Part shown: piece by piece, positions 29,094-42,880 of the stretch | Layout of the letters: every line of letters starts with the position of its first letter | Numbering within the stretch: the stretch's first letter is position 1 | Source: the human T2T-CHM13v2.0 reference genome, Homo sapiens | DNA length: 64,000 nt | Strand: one strand, 5' to 3' | Assembly: GCF_009914755.1 (NCBI RefSeq) | Contig: NC_060925.1 | Program-made: the position numbers and the translations under genes | The notes under the pieces: model-generated | Databases searched by the model: none | Seen by the model: the letters and a program-made list of their open reading frames with translations, nothing else | What the model was told of the DNA's origin: nothing

Positions 29094-30551
29094 CCCTATT
29101 GGAATCAAATACAGAATGGTTGCCACCTTTCTCTTCTCTACCCAATAGCCCTGAGCCCCTGGACCTGATAAAAATGAAACGAGTTATTTGACAAAATGTG
29201 CTGGAAGAAATGAACAGAAGTTCTAGGGCTCAATTAAAAGTTGTCTTCCATTGGCATAGGCTGCTTCTTTCCCAAGGCCAGGTTCAGGGAAGTCACCAGG
29301 CCAGTGGCCATCAGAGGCATACCCCTATCAGATATGAATGGATTTAATCCATGGAGTAAGTCTATCTTTTACAGTGATATGGAAGCATATTAATTATCAT
29401 CTGGCCGGATATAAATTTCCCCAAGGATGGCCTGACTCTTCATATTCTCACCACAATGCTTTTGTCTGAAAACCATTGACACAGACAGATTAAGCCAGAA
29501 AAGATGAGTTCATATTTCTATTATCATAGGGAGATGAAGGCAATTGGTACTAACAATGACCTCTTATAATTTGGTAGTTACTAATCTTCTCAATTGGAGC
29601 AGATTTCTGATAATTCCTACTTTCTCTGTAAACTAATATATTTTTCATTCTAAGTCCCATTTTCACTCTATTTTAGTCATGGAGATGCTTGCATATAAAA
29701 GCCTGTCATTTTATCAGTTATGAGATACCTTACTCAAAATGTCTTCTCTTTAGCATTTGGGTTATTTCTCTCTACTCTAGATTTATCTTTTAGCTAGCTT
29801 ACCCAAATGTTTTCTCTTTTGGTGTTATTTTAGGCCAAAAGGCCAACATGTCAAAAAGTCTCAGCAGAATAATCACATATCCACCAAAAGAAAAACTCTT
29901 GTTTCAGTAATTTTTTATATTATAAAAGAATATGAAATGCTATTGATGATCTCAATTCCAAAGAGTTATTGAAATATATGCTACAGTGGGATTGAATTGG
30001 TTTATCTCGGGCCGTAAAAGCATATGTTTTAGCACGCTGAACTGAGCAGTATCATTCCCCGAACTAACTTCTGTTTTTAAATATATTTACCAGAATTTGG
30101 AAGGCAACACTACATTTGAATTCCAAACAAATGGAAATTCTATTTTGGAAACTAAAGGAGATGCAGAGCCTTGGCTTCTTTTTCTCTTGGGATCTAACCT
30201 AATACCACCCAATTTCTACTACTAACAAGGGAGGGAATAATGAGGACTACACTATACCTTTGTTGTTTGAATTATTTTCAATTAGCAGATATCTCAAGAC
30301 TTTAAAAAGATAGTTCCTTCTAGGTCTCTAAACTTGACGTGCAAAGATTCATTTTCATTGTCATAATGGTGAGAACATTGATCACCAGGGGAGTCCACTT
30401 TCCAGGTTACTCCCAAAGCTCCTAAAATCCAAATATATATGGAAGAGATAATAAGTTATGTTTATGAATGTTGGACAAATCTCCTTTCTACCACTAAATA
30501 AGTAGCTGTAGACTTTAACCATGGTAGACTAGGGACTTCTTGCATCATTGA

Positions 30552-31111
30552 TGTAACCATACCACGTTAATTTCCCAATACACGGTACGTGAATATACTG
30601 AGCCACCGAGTTGCAGCAGAGAAAGAGGTTTAATATTGTAGGGCAGCCACCTGAGCAAATAAGAGGAAACCACTAATCTGTCTCCCTGAGGAGTTTGGGG
30701 TTAGGAATTTTAAGAGGTTTGGACAGCTACTTGGCAAAGGTATAGAGACTGTTGATTGGTCAAAGAGTGAAGTCATGGGACCAGGAGATGAAGAAACTAC
30801 ATTCTTATGCTGATTTGGTTCCACTGTAGGTGGCCTTCAAACTGGTTGGCAGCAGCTGTTCCACCAGAATTCTGGATTTCAAAAACATCTTAATAATTCT
30901 TAACAAAAGCCTTGTGATTCTAACATCACAGATCTTATCAATAGGAGCAAGGGAATTGTAAATGCTCAGTATTTAGAGCTACGTGACTTTTGGTTAAGAA
31001 GCGACTACAGGGAAGTGGGCCAAAGTGCAGCCTGCTTAATGCTTTATTATAACCATATTTCTGTCTAGAACCCAGAATGCAATTCTTGTCAACCCTGTGA
31101 GGTTGGTTTTA
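30552..31111 (-). mobile_element. ERV1-class (MER4-group) solo LTR
   Basis: 'tgtaacc...gttgcagcagagaaagaggtttaat...ctccctgaggagtttggggttagg...gattggtc' has the layout of LTR8/LTR49-related LTRs read in reverse; subfamily uncertain. Confidence 0.75.
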
Positions 31112-32139
31112 CTGTCTTTCTCCAACTGTTGACTTATGTATATGTGAGCTATAGCCATGGCCTGTCTTCAGGTTAGCTCTTATTTCCAACCTTTGGCAAT
31201 ATGTCATAAATATTGGATTATGTCCTGTAACAATATAGGGAGCCCTATTTTCTGGAAAAGAGGCTTTTCAAAAACATTTTAGTGTACAGTCATGTCAAAA
31301 AAAACTGCCAGAATAACTCAGTATTCTCTCTTTATGAAAAGATAATGCTATCAATCGAACCCACTGGAAGAGCTTAGCAAATTCCTCAGCATAACTTTTT
31401 GAACTGTAAGGAGAAACTCTCTCTAGTGGAAATTCCCATAATTCTAGTACAGATGGTGTATGTTTTTCTTCCTCTATACCCATCCACCAATGCCTTTGGG
31501 GAAACAAGATAGCGTGAGAAAACAGCTATCAGCTGAACATTGGTTTACTTAACTTGACATTAGATAAAAGATGGAATTACCTAAAACAGAATCTTCTATT
31601 CCATACGGAAATTCAATGTCCTTAACACTCTTGGACAACTAAGCATTAGGATTTAAAATATAGTGTTCCAACAACAACAACAACAAAAAACTCTTTACTT
31701 TCCTTGAAATTCCACTGAGAAATATCTACATATATAAATAAGTAAACATTTTTAATAAGTTTAATATGGAAGGAGGGTATATCCCTTGCTTTCTTTCCTT
31801 TCTTAATTTCTTCATCTTTTGTTCTAACTCCTAAGAACCACATTTACGTAAGGAAATTCATGAAAACAGACTTTTTAAGTGTTGTCATGTTCTCACTTAG
31901 AAACAAATTGAAAGTAAAATCATTATTTAGACTCAAAAATCCTAGGATGGCTGGATAAAATTCTGAGATATTATTCTTTTTCTGTCCTGTATTATTTCCC
32001 TTTTGTTCCCTTTGGCAGTTAGCTGGCTCTGTTCCACATTGCCTTAGGGTATGTGTGTGATAAGTCAGAAGGTTAAAGTGGCATTATAGAGTTTTTAGCT
32101 TTTGTTTCTAAAAATTTGAAACCAGAGTAAAAATAATAT

Positions 32140-32360
32140 GTGGAAGATAGCGGTGATTAAAAGTGGACCCCAGAGTCAGCACATCTCCATTCAAAGTCTC
32201 ACTTTGCCATTTAAGAGCTGTATGACCTTGAGAAAATTATTTAACTCTGTTTCTCAGTGTCTCATCTGCTAAATAGAAATAATAATAGTATTTCTCTCAT
32301 AAAGGTGTTTTAATATTCAGTGAGATACTATATGTAAAGTGATTAAACCATGATTTAAAA
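32140..32360 (+). mobile_element. MIR
   Basis: 'gctgtatgaccttgagaaaattatttaactctgtttctcagtgtctcatctgctaaatag'. Confidence 0.8.
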
Positions 32361-32364
32361 CTGT

Positions 32365-32540
32365 AATGATAATAATTGACATTTATTAAGCGCTTACTTT
32401 GAGTCAGGCAGTGTTCTAAGACACATAGTAATTCATGTAACACACAAAGGAACTCTTTGCTATAGATATTATACCACCACCACCACCACCACCACCACCA
32501 TCATCATCATCCTTAAACAAATGAGGAAATAATGGCATAC
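32365..32540 (-). mobile_element. MIR fragment containing a (CCA)n(TCA)n repeat
   Basis: 'catttattaagcgcttac...caggcagtgttctaag'; triplet run at 32473-32511. Confidence 0.65.
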
Positions 32541-32549
32541 CACAGTTTG

Positions 32550-32880
32550 TTTGCTGTGGATTTGACAAACAATTGTGATTGGATGTCTCCGTTCCATGCT
32601 GCAGGTTGGATTCAGGATATCTCCAAGTGTTTCTTTATTCTCCTAGGAACAGTTGTTACCCAAACCCTATGCTTCTCATGGTGAATCATGAGAACACAAG
32701 AGGAAAAGTCACACCTCAATAGCACATTTAAAGCCTGCTTGTGTCCCACCCCATCATCAAGACAAATATCAAACAGTGAGAAAATAAACTCTGATCACCA
32801 TCAAGACATAACAAGAGTGGGGATGAATAATGTTAATGAGAAAAAGAGAATGAGAATTGAAAGCAGTAATCTAACCTACA
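32550..32880 (-). mobile_element. Ancient MLT1-type LTR fragment
   Basis: 'gcttctcatggtgaatca...agcacatttaaagcctgcttgtgtc...agtaatctaacctaca'. Confidence 0.55.
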
Positions 32881-34408
32881 GTAATACTATAGTCTAATAG
32901 ATAAATTAGATATGAAAGAGATATTTATAATATTACACAGTGGAGTCGCATTTAAGGTGAAGTTTAAAGTATAAAATCAGTGAGTCAGAGAAAAATTGTA
33001 TATAGTTAAAAATTGTCCAGAAAACTCTTAAGGAAGATACCTCATTAAAGATTGAGTTTTGCATTAAACCCTGACAGTTAGGTTTTCTTCAGTGTTGAAA
33101 CAGATCGTTGTTTTATTGTTGATCATCACATCAAGCATAAGACTGCGTGTAGGGAGTCATGTTGGATGAACTTAATGTGATGGCAGGATTTCAGTTCCTG
33201 AGACATAGGTGATTAAGAACTATTTAGAGAACCAGTGTAGAAAGTCACGCTCTTTAAGACCATTTATTATGGATGGAAGAGGATATGACTGGGATCTATA
33301 AAATCACCCTCTATTTAAAATCCCACTTTCTCTCTTTCTTGCCAATCTCCATCCATGCACATTTAGTTGCATTTGTCTTATTAGATGAATGTTTAATGCA
33401 ATTGTTGGAGGCATACTGGAAGAAGAAACGCTATGAACTGTACTACAAATCCATCTTACAAGAGAAAAAGCCTATAGATACTCAGTGAATGCCTGCAGTG
33501 ATAAGACACTAGGATGGCATACACTACATGGATGAAAATTTACCTGAAACTTAAAAATTGGTTGGGATTTAAATAGACAGACATATGAGGTAAGGGGTTT
33601 GCAAGTGGAGAGAATAGTTTGAGCAAATGCACACATGCAGGAAAATTAAACAACTGGGACTAATCCCAATTCATAATAAGCTAAAGAATAAAAGTCAAGA
33701 ATCAATTACCAGGGGGTTATTTTTACTGAAATATGTAATGTCATTCAGAGCTGATATTTACAATGGTAGAATGCTGTTAGCAAAGGAATTTGGTTAAACA
33801 ATCATTAGGCCAAATTCCCTTTAATTTTCAAAATAACAGTTTTAACAATGGTTTAGGAAATTATTTTTAAAATAATACCTCCATTTAATAAATAGTCTTT
33901 GAATCATTGTAAAACCTAACAATGTGTCATCTGTTCAAATTAAATTAAAATGTATTTATTGAACAACAGATAACATTAAAACAATAAAAAAATTAGGTTT
34001 AAAATAACTGAGAAACCAACTGTGGCATTAGAATTATAAACTGTATGTTAACTTTTTTTAATTACAATTATTATTTCACAGTCAGACAAATATAGAGAGG
34101 GCTACTTGTATATCACTGAAATTGAGGCATATAAATAAAGGCCAGTTTATCTACATAATTTGTACTTTAGCTAACATGTACATATAACTCTGCATTTCCT
34201 CAATCTTCCAGGTGAATAATATTCCAAAATCTTAAAACATTTCTTTTTTAAGAATTCTTTAATTCTTAAACAATTTTTAAATTTTTTAAAAATTAAATTT
34301 CTTCAAGCATTTTGATGGGTGGATATCATGGACTACTAAAATATGTATAATTTCTATGAGTAATATATGACATAAAGCTATTTAACTGATAATATAATAA
34401 ATAGGCTT

Positions 34409-34784
34409 TGATATGGTTTGGCTCTGTGTCCCCACCCAAATCTCAGATTGAATTGTAATTCCCAATGTTGGAGGTAGGGCCTGGTGGAAGGTGATTGGAT
34501 CATGGGGGTGGTTTCTAATGCTGTCTCATGATAGAGTTCTCATAAAATCTGATTGTTGGAAAGTGTGTAGAACCTCCCTCTTTGTTCTCTCTTCCTCCTG
34601 CTCTGGCCACATGCAGACTTGCCCATTTCCTCTTTACCGTCCACCATGATTGTAAGTTTCCTGAGGCCTCCCCAGCCAGATTCCTGCACAGCCTGGAGAC
34701 TTGTGAACCAATTAAACTTCTTTTCTTTATAAATTACCCTGTTTCAAGTAGTCCTTTATAGCAATGTGAGAATGGACTAATACA
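34409..34784 (+). mobile_element. MSTA solo LTR (MaLR)
   Basis: 'tgatatggtttggctctgtgtccccaccc...gaatggactaataca'; exact 5-bp TSD GGCTT at 34404-34408 and 34785-34789. Confidence 0.95.
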
Positions 34785-35154
34785 GGCTTACTGTGTGTAT
34801 CTTTTCTATGATTTGTAAGAATACTTATATAATAAATTTAATTTTTCTAAATCTCAAATTTCTGAAAACAAAACTTATTGCTTTCATTGTTTTTTACCTG
34901 TAGTAATTATTAATCAGACAGCACAAGATGAACTAAACTCACAGACTCTACATAACAATGTGTAGTGCTATAGGTGTTTAGAAAAAGCATTTATGTAATT
35001 CATGACATATTTTTATTATTAAGATGCTTCTTTTGAAATCTCAATCTGTATTTGTGATATTCATATCAAGTCCTTTTGAAAATCAGCATATCCTTATATC
35101 TATTATGTTACATATCTAGTATATATAATATCATATAGATACAATGCTAAGCAC

Positions 35155-35440
35155 TTAAAAAACATTTGTTGAGATGCTAATATGTGGTCAGGCACTGTAC
35201 TAGGTGCTGGAATACAAAGATGAATAACATAAAATTTAGATTATGCCTTAAAGATGCTTAAAAAGTGAGTCATAATATAGAATAAACAATCGTAAGGTAA
35301 TGTGAGCTATGCTAATTAATTGAGATAGTTCAAAGGGCTAAGAATAGACAAGCACTGCAGGTCATAGAAGATACCACTAAAGAAGATAATATATAAGCTA
35401 GATTTTTTAAAAAATGAAATTTCCAGGTTGACAAATTATG
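35155..35440 (-). mobile_element. L2 3' fragment
   Basis: 'aacatttgttgag...caggcactgtactaggtgctggaatacaaagatgaataa'. Confidence 0.7.
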
Positions 35441-37364
35441 AGGAAAGATGTAGTTTTCTAGGGTGCTAATGAATCTTATTTTGTAGATTTACTTTAGGAA
35501 GAATCCCCTCTCTTCCTCAACCCCAAACACCATGTCTATGGTTCCTTTTTTTCTACACAATATCTCAGCTAGGGATGATAAAGTAATATTGTAAAATTCC
35601 ACCCATAAAGCAAAGAGGAAGCTCACACAAGATGAGAAACTCATCTGCCCTAGTAAGGTTTGGAGAATTGCTACATGGAGCATTTTTTTCTTAGCAATTG
35701 GGCCACTATTCTTGTGAAATTATAGCTCAATTGAACGCGACGAAATCATTTAAGACAAGCAAATTTAGTATTATTTATATGTGCAACCCTCTTGTTTTGG
35801 AGTCTCCTCTGTAGTCTCCGATTGGGGTTAATTACTGGTGATTTCTCCCTTTGTATTCATAATTTTTCTCTGGCAATTTCACACTGTTATTATTGGAGCT
35901 TTCTTTGGTCCTGCTTAATTAAATGCTGAAAGGCTTCAGTTGATTTCACAGTAGGCAGAGGTAGCTAGATAATTTGCAATCTAAGTAAAGTGTTCATCAT
36001 TGTCTCAACTCTCAAGACCCACTCTCTTGCAGGCAATGTGTATGACATGATTCCTTTGGTGTTACCTGCAATTAAAAACAAACAGACAAACTCTAGTTTA
36101 CAATAAGTGTCACTATTCTTTAAACAAAACCTTGATTCTTGGGTTTTAGCTTTCTGTGCTTTCTCTATAATTCATTCAGTATTGAGAACTAGTTGCATTT
36201 GTCACATTAAGTCACCTATGCTAGAGAAATAAAAAGCACCACTCCTTGGATGACAGTGTTAGGTCCAAAGCAGCAGGCAGCTGCATGAGTGCAGCGGTTG
36301 GGAATGGCTCCTTGTCAGTAGGGAAAATGGACATTTGTTACATGACAAAAACCTCACTGTTTTTGCATGTAATAGTCAGTGCTCTAAGAAGGCAACTTAA
36401 CATGGAGAAACATTTTTGTAAGAGAGAAGACATTTCTAAAAAAAAACAAAAGCCTTAAAAATGAGGATGCTGGGTAAAGTTTGGTGTGTATTTATGCAAC
36501 AAATAATAGTGCACGTGCTCATTTATTCTTGCATTATTGTCACAATTAACCAAAGCCCTGGGATAAAATTTGTTGAAATCTGAAAGCCAATTGTCATGGC
36601 ATACAGAACTATGAAATAAATACATGGGAGTACTGTGGCTTTCTGACCACTTTGGAATCCGTAATGCACTACATAAGGCTAATTAAAATAATAAAATGAA
36701 GCCCACAATTCCCATTTCTGTTCAGAAGAGGCACTGTGGGAATAATCAGAACCTATATTTTTCTACAAACATTTTCTACAGATTAGGCACACCGCTGGTT
36801 CCTCTCCACAAACCTTTTTAATCCATAGGCACTTTCTTTGAGAGCTACTTTATGATGGTGAGAGGGGTTCTGCAATGCAGCAACTGCTGCTGCTTACTGA
36901 GCATATCATCTATTTGAAACGCATGCAGAAAATAAAAAGGAGATTGATGATTAGGGTGTGTGGTAGAGAGGGAGGCAGAAGTCCTTTCAATACAAAGATT
37001 ATTATCACCAAATCTATTTGATTTTTTATATAGTTATACTGGGATCTTTGAGAAATCATGCAATGCTCCCTTCAGCTTTTCTGCAAGGTTAAAATCAAAT
37101 TATCAAATATCCTCTATTAAGTATTCATTAAGTACTTTCCCTGGTCCCAGGCACACTAGACGTTATCAGAGGTAAGGAAATATGAAACTTGGGCCATGCC
37201 TCAAACAGGTTATAATTGAGTTACAGAGCAGAACTACAATCAAATTAATGGCAAGTATTTTTTAAGTATTTGATTTAAATAGTGTATTTCATAACAAAAA
37301 TATATGTTTGTAATAATTCAATAGTAGAAATCACTGACACCTAAAGTCACCAAGGAAGAATGAA

Positions 37365-37528
37365 ATCTTATTACTTAATGTGTGCTCCACAGACCAGCAA
37401 TATCAGTATCACCTGGGAGCTTGTTAGAAATACATAATCTCAGGTCATATACCAGATCTACTACATCTGAGATTGTATTTTATACGATCCAGGTGACTTG
37501 TATGTACAATAAAGTTTGAGAAACACTA
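37365..37528. mobile_element. MER5A-like DNA transposon fossil
   Basis: 'gaccagcaatatcagtatcacctgggagcttgttagaaat...aaagtttgagaaacact'. Confidence 0.8.
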
Positions 37529-38543
37529 GATTAAACTAGAAGAATAAGTAAGGCAGAAAAATCTATCTACATTTTTCATGGATGACCCTAGTCACCAGTA
37601 TTCAGGGTAACCAATGAATATTTATTAAAAAATAATGGATCCCATACTTAGCACACACAGCATAGGTGAAATCAAAGATACATGCCAAGATAAAAAGGTT
37701 GTCCATATATTTTAAAATATCCAGGGAACCCCAACTTTGGGCATGAAAAGAATACTTAGATTAATCAGAGAAGTCCTCATCTGGTTTGAGAATATCACCT
37801 GAATTACTGATGAGGGATATTTAAAACATCATTCAAACAAATATATTTTCATGCATTAATCTCTACAAAATAACTAAAATCATTTATAATACTTTGAATA
37901 AAAAGTTATCTTTTGGTATGCACATATAAAAGTGGAAAAATTATAAATTTATAACTTTAGAACACAAAATAGACCTTAGAAATATTTTCCTTTTATCTAA
38001 TTTCTCCTTACTGATAGGATTCTATGAAAATGCTTTTTATATTAAGCTCTCAAAAGAATATTAAGAAAAAACATGACACCCCTGACTATGGGTTTATATT
38101 GATTAAATAAAAAGTTAGAGCTATATAACATAAGGATTATAATCATATAGGCATTAGAAAACATGTCTGTCTACTTCTTTTATCAGATTTTTATAAGGGA
38201 ACATAACTTTGTAATTTTTTTAATGTTGATATATTCCAACACAAAAGTCCAGAAAAAGCACAGAAAATTTATATAAAAACATTTGGTTTGGGCTTATATT
38301 TTGTATATACTAGGAAGAGGCTGATCTTGATCAGTGGTTCCCAGCTGTGGCAACTGGATACTTTACCAAAACGACCAATGGCCAGGCTCTGCTCAGTCCT
38401 TTTATTAATAAATCAGAATTTCTAGGTATAAGACTTTACCACCTTTTAGGTGAAGGTCAGGCTATATTGTGTCACCCCTTATAGTTTCTTTTATGTTATA
38501 TTTCTTACTATACACATCATGTTTTGTTGTCAGTATTCATATA

Positions 38544-41099
38544 TTTTTTAATTTTTTTATTTCAATACATTTTGAGGGAATGGGTGGTGTTTGGTTACAT
38601 GAATAAGTTCTTTAGCAGTCATTTCTGAGATTTTGACACACCTATCACCTGAACAGTGTACACTGTACCCAATGTATAGTCTGTTATCCCTTGCCACCCC
38701 CTACCCTTTCCCCTCAGTCTCCAAAGTCCAATGTATCATTCTTATGCCTTTGTGTCCTCATAGCTTAGCTTCTACTTATGGGTGAGAACATACCATGTTT
38801 GATTTTCCATTCCCGAGTTACTTCACTTAGAATAATAGTCTTCAATTCCATCAAGTTGCTGTGAATGCTGTTATTTTATTTTTTTTTATGGCTGAGGAGT
38901 ATTCCATGGTATATATAAATACCGCATTTTCTTTATTCACTCATTGATTGATGGGCATTTGGGCTGGTTCCATATTTTTGCAATTACAAATTGTGCTGCT
39001 ATAAACGTGTGTGCAAGTATCTTTCTTGAATAATGACTTCTTTTCCTCTGGGTAGATACCTAGTAGTGGGATTACTGGATCAAATGGTAGATCTACTTTT
39101 AGTTCTTTAAGGAATTTCCATGTTGTTTTTCATAGCGGTTGTACTAGTTTACATTCCCATCAACAGTATAAAAGTGTTCCTTTTTCACCTTATCCATGCC
39201 AACATATATTATTTTTTGATTTTTTGATTATGGCCATCCTTCCAGGAGTGCAGTGGTATTGCATTGTGGTTTTTATTTGCATTTACTTGATAATAAGTGA
39301 TATTGAGCATTTTTTCATATGCTTATAGGCCATTTGTATATCTTCTTTTGAGAATTGTCTATTCATGTCCATAGCCCACTTTTTGATGGGCTTTTTTTTT
39401 GTTTGTTTTATTCTTGCCGATGTGTTTGAGTTCCTTGTAGATTCTTGACATTAGTTCTTTGTTGCATGTACAGATTGTGAAGATTTTCTCCCATACTGTG
39501 GGTTGTCTGTTTGCAGTGCTGATTATTTCTTTCACTGTACAGAAGTTTTTTAGCTTAATTAAGTCCCATCTATTTATCTTTGCTTTTGTTGCATTTGCTT
39601 TTGGGTTTTTGGTCAAAAAGTCTTTGCCTAAGCCAATGTCTTGAAGATTATTCTGATGTTACCTTCTAGTATCTTTATGGTTTCAGGTCTTGGATTTAGG
39701 TCTTTTGATCCATCTTGAGTTGATTTTTGCATAAGATGAGAGATGAGAATTCATTTTTATTTTTCTACACGTGGTTTGCCAATTATCTCAACACCATTTG
39801 CTGAATAGGGTGTCCTTTCCCCACTTTATGTTTTTGTTTGCTTTGTTAAAGATCAGTTGGCTGTAAGTATTTGGCTTTATTTCTGGGTTCTCTATTCTGT
39901 TCCATTGGTTTATGTGCCTATTTTTTTATACCAGTACCATGCTGTTTTGGTGACTATGGCCTTATAGTATAGTTTGAAGTCAGGTAATGTGATGCCTTCT
40001 GATTTGTTCTCTTTGCTTAGTCTTGCTTTGGCTATGTGGACTCTTTTTTGGTTCCATATGAATTTTAAGATTGTTTTTTCTAGTTCAGTGAAGAATGATG
40101 TTGGTATTTTGATGGGAAATGCATTGAATTTGTAGATTGCTTCTGTCAGTATGGTCATTGTTATAAATTTGATTCTGCCCATCCATGAGCATGGAATATG
40201 TTTCCATTTGTTCATGTCAGCTGTAATTTCTTTCAGCAGTGTTTTGTAGTTTTCTTTGTAGAGGTTTTTTACAACCTTGGTTAGGTATATTCTGAAGTTT
40301 TTTTTTTTTTTTTCAACTATTGTGAAAGTGGTTGAGTTCTTGATTTGATTCCCAGCTTGGATGCTTTTGGGGTATAGCAGAGCTACTGATTTGTGTACAT
40401 TAATTTTGTATCCTAAAACTTTGCTGAATTCATTTACCTGTTCTAGAAGTTTTTTGGGTGAGTTTTAGAATTTTCTAGGTTTACAAATATTTCATCAGCA
40501 AATAGTGACAGTTTGACTTCCTCTTTACCTGTTTGGATGCCCTTTATTTCTTTCTCTTGTCTAATTGCTCTGGCTAGGACTTCCAGTACTATTTTCAATA
40601 GACGTGGAGAAACTAGGCATCCTTGTCTTGTTCCAGTTCTTGGGGGGAATGCTTTCAACTTTTCCCCATTAAGTATAATGTTGGCTGTGGGTTTGTCCTA
40701 GATGTTTTTTCTTACCTTAAGCCATGCTCCTTCTATGCCAATTTTGCTGAGGGTTTCAAACATAAAGATCCCTTGATGTGGTGTTCTCTGACTTTCCCTA
40801 GGAAAGGGGCTTCCTGAGAGCCAAACCATAGTTATTGTTTTTGCTCTTCCAGGTTAGCCACCCAGTAGAGCTACTGAGTTCCATCCTGGTACTGGGGAAT
40901 GTCTATAGAGACTCCTGTGATGTGATCCATCTTCAGATCTTGCAGCCATGACTACTAGCACCTGCTCCAGGTGAGGTAGCAGGGGAGAAAAGGGAGGGTC
41001 CTTGATTGTGTTTTTGTTTAGTGTGCTGGCTTTTTGTTTGTTGGCCTGTAGCCAGGAGGTGGTGCTTCCAAGAGCTCATCAGTTGTGGTCCTATAGGGA
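38544..41099 (-). mobile_element. L1PB (L1PB1-like) with a large internal deletion joining the 5'UTR to ORF2 RT
   Basis: L1PB-type 3'UTR and ORF2 at 38544-40767, followed directly by L1PBa-type 5'UTR sequence at 40768-41099 ('cccttgatgtggtgttctc...gcttcctgagagcc...gaggtagcagggg'). Confidence 0.85.
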
Positions 41100-42095
41100 C
41101 ACACCTGCAACCATCTAATTTTCAACAAAGTCAACAAAACAAGCAATGGAGAAAGGACTCTCTACTCAATAAATGGTGCTGGAATCACCAGCTAGCCCTA
41201 TGCAGAAGATTGAAACTGGATCCCTTTCTTATACCATATACAAAAATCAACTTGAGTTGGATTAAAGACTTGAATGTAAAAGCTAAAACTGTAAAAACCC
41301 TTGAGGAAAACTTAGGATATACTATTCCAGACACATAGGCATTGATGAATATGCCCAACATCACTAATCATTAAAGAAATGCAAGTCAAAACCATGGAGA
41401 GATACCATCTCACACTTGTCAGAATAGCTATTATTAAAAAAGTCAAAAAAATAACATGCTGGTGAGGTTGTGAAGGGAATATTTATACACTACTGTTAGG
41501 AATGTAAATGAGTTGAACCACTGTTTTAAGAAGTTAAAACAGGACAACGATTTGACCCAGCAATCCCATTCCTGGGTATATACCCAAAGGAATATAAATT
41601 GTTCTACCATGAAGACACATGCATGTGTACGTTCATCTTAGCACCATTCACAATAGCAAAGACATTCAATCAACCTAAATGTCCATCAATGGTAGACTAG
41701 ATAAAGAAAATGTGGTACATATATGCCACAGAATACTACATAGCCACAAAAAACAACAAGATCATGTCCTTTGCAGCAATATGTATGGAGATGGAGGCCA
41801 TTATCCTCTGCTAATTAACACATGAACAGAAAACTATATACCACATCTTATCACTTATAAGTGAGAACTAAACATTTAGTATACTTGAACAGAAAGATGG
41901 GAACAATAGACACTAGGGCCTACTGAAGGGTGGGGCATGAGAATAGGATGAGGATTGAAAAACTCTCTATTGAGTACTATGCTTATTACCTGGGTGACAA
42001 AATAATCTCTACACCAAGCTCCTGCAACATGCAATATACCAATACATGTACTCCCTGAACCTAAAAAAAAATTTTGAAAGGGAAAAAAAAAAAAA
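41100..42095 (+). mobile_element. Older L1PA (L1PA15/16-like) 3' fragment with internal deletions
   Basis: ORF2 C-terminal remnant, 3'UTR 'tactatgcttattacctgggtgacaaaataatc', A-rich tail. Confidence 0.88.
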
Positions 42096-42604
42096 CACAG
42101 AGAAAGACAAAAACCTTCAACAAGCTGAGGTGCTAAGACCAAATAAGTGAACCATCTTCGGGGATCTGTGACACAGCTGAGTATCTCTGCTGATTAGCTG
42201 AGTTCCTCAAGGTCATGCGGACATAGGACAGGAATAAGACAAGAAGCAGAACATGCTAGGGAACCTAAAGATAGGTCTGGCCCCCTGTAGTGGTTAAAAG
42301 TAAATTTGTGTGGGTACCTTTTAAAAATTATCTCGGAGCTTTTATTAAAATGTTAAAGTCATAGTGTGGATTCCTATATGCTGTGGAGAATAAGAGCCTC
42401 CCCCATGCTTAGGGAGAGGAAGACAAGTAGAGCATGAAGTTATTTCCCCAAGACCAGAGTTGGGTAATTAGTCTATCACCATTGGAGAAAGTTTATCCTT
42501 ATCACAATAGCCAATGCCCAGAGAAGCTTCCAGAACCAGTCAGAAAATACTATGCTGGCACCACTTCCCTAGACAGGAGAGTATGCGCCATCATAATTTG
42601 GATT

Positions 42605-42880
42605 AGATCAGATTTGGGGAGCAGGACAGTATCTTGGAACCTGGAGCCACCCTGCTTGGATTGAAGTCCCACTCTTTTGCTTACTAATTATGTGATCTTA
42701 TATGAAATACTTAACCTCTCTGTGCCTCAGTTTCTTTATTTCAAAATAAGGATAATAATTGGACCTATAACATAAAAATGATTTGAAGACTAAGTGAATT
42801 CAGTATACACAGGGAATGGAAAAGTACCTGGTACATAATAATTTCTCTGTAAGTATTAGCTATTACTACCAATGTTAGTA
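42605..42880 (+). mobile_element. MIR
   Basis: 'acttaacctctctgtgcctcagtttctttatttcaaaataagg...agtacctggtacataat'. Confidence 0.85.

Noticed and set aside
32473-32511. (CCA)n(TCA)n run resembling a poly-His coding tract
   Set aside because: Sits inside a MIR with no surrounding ORF or splice sites.
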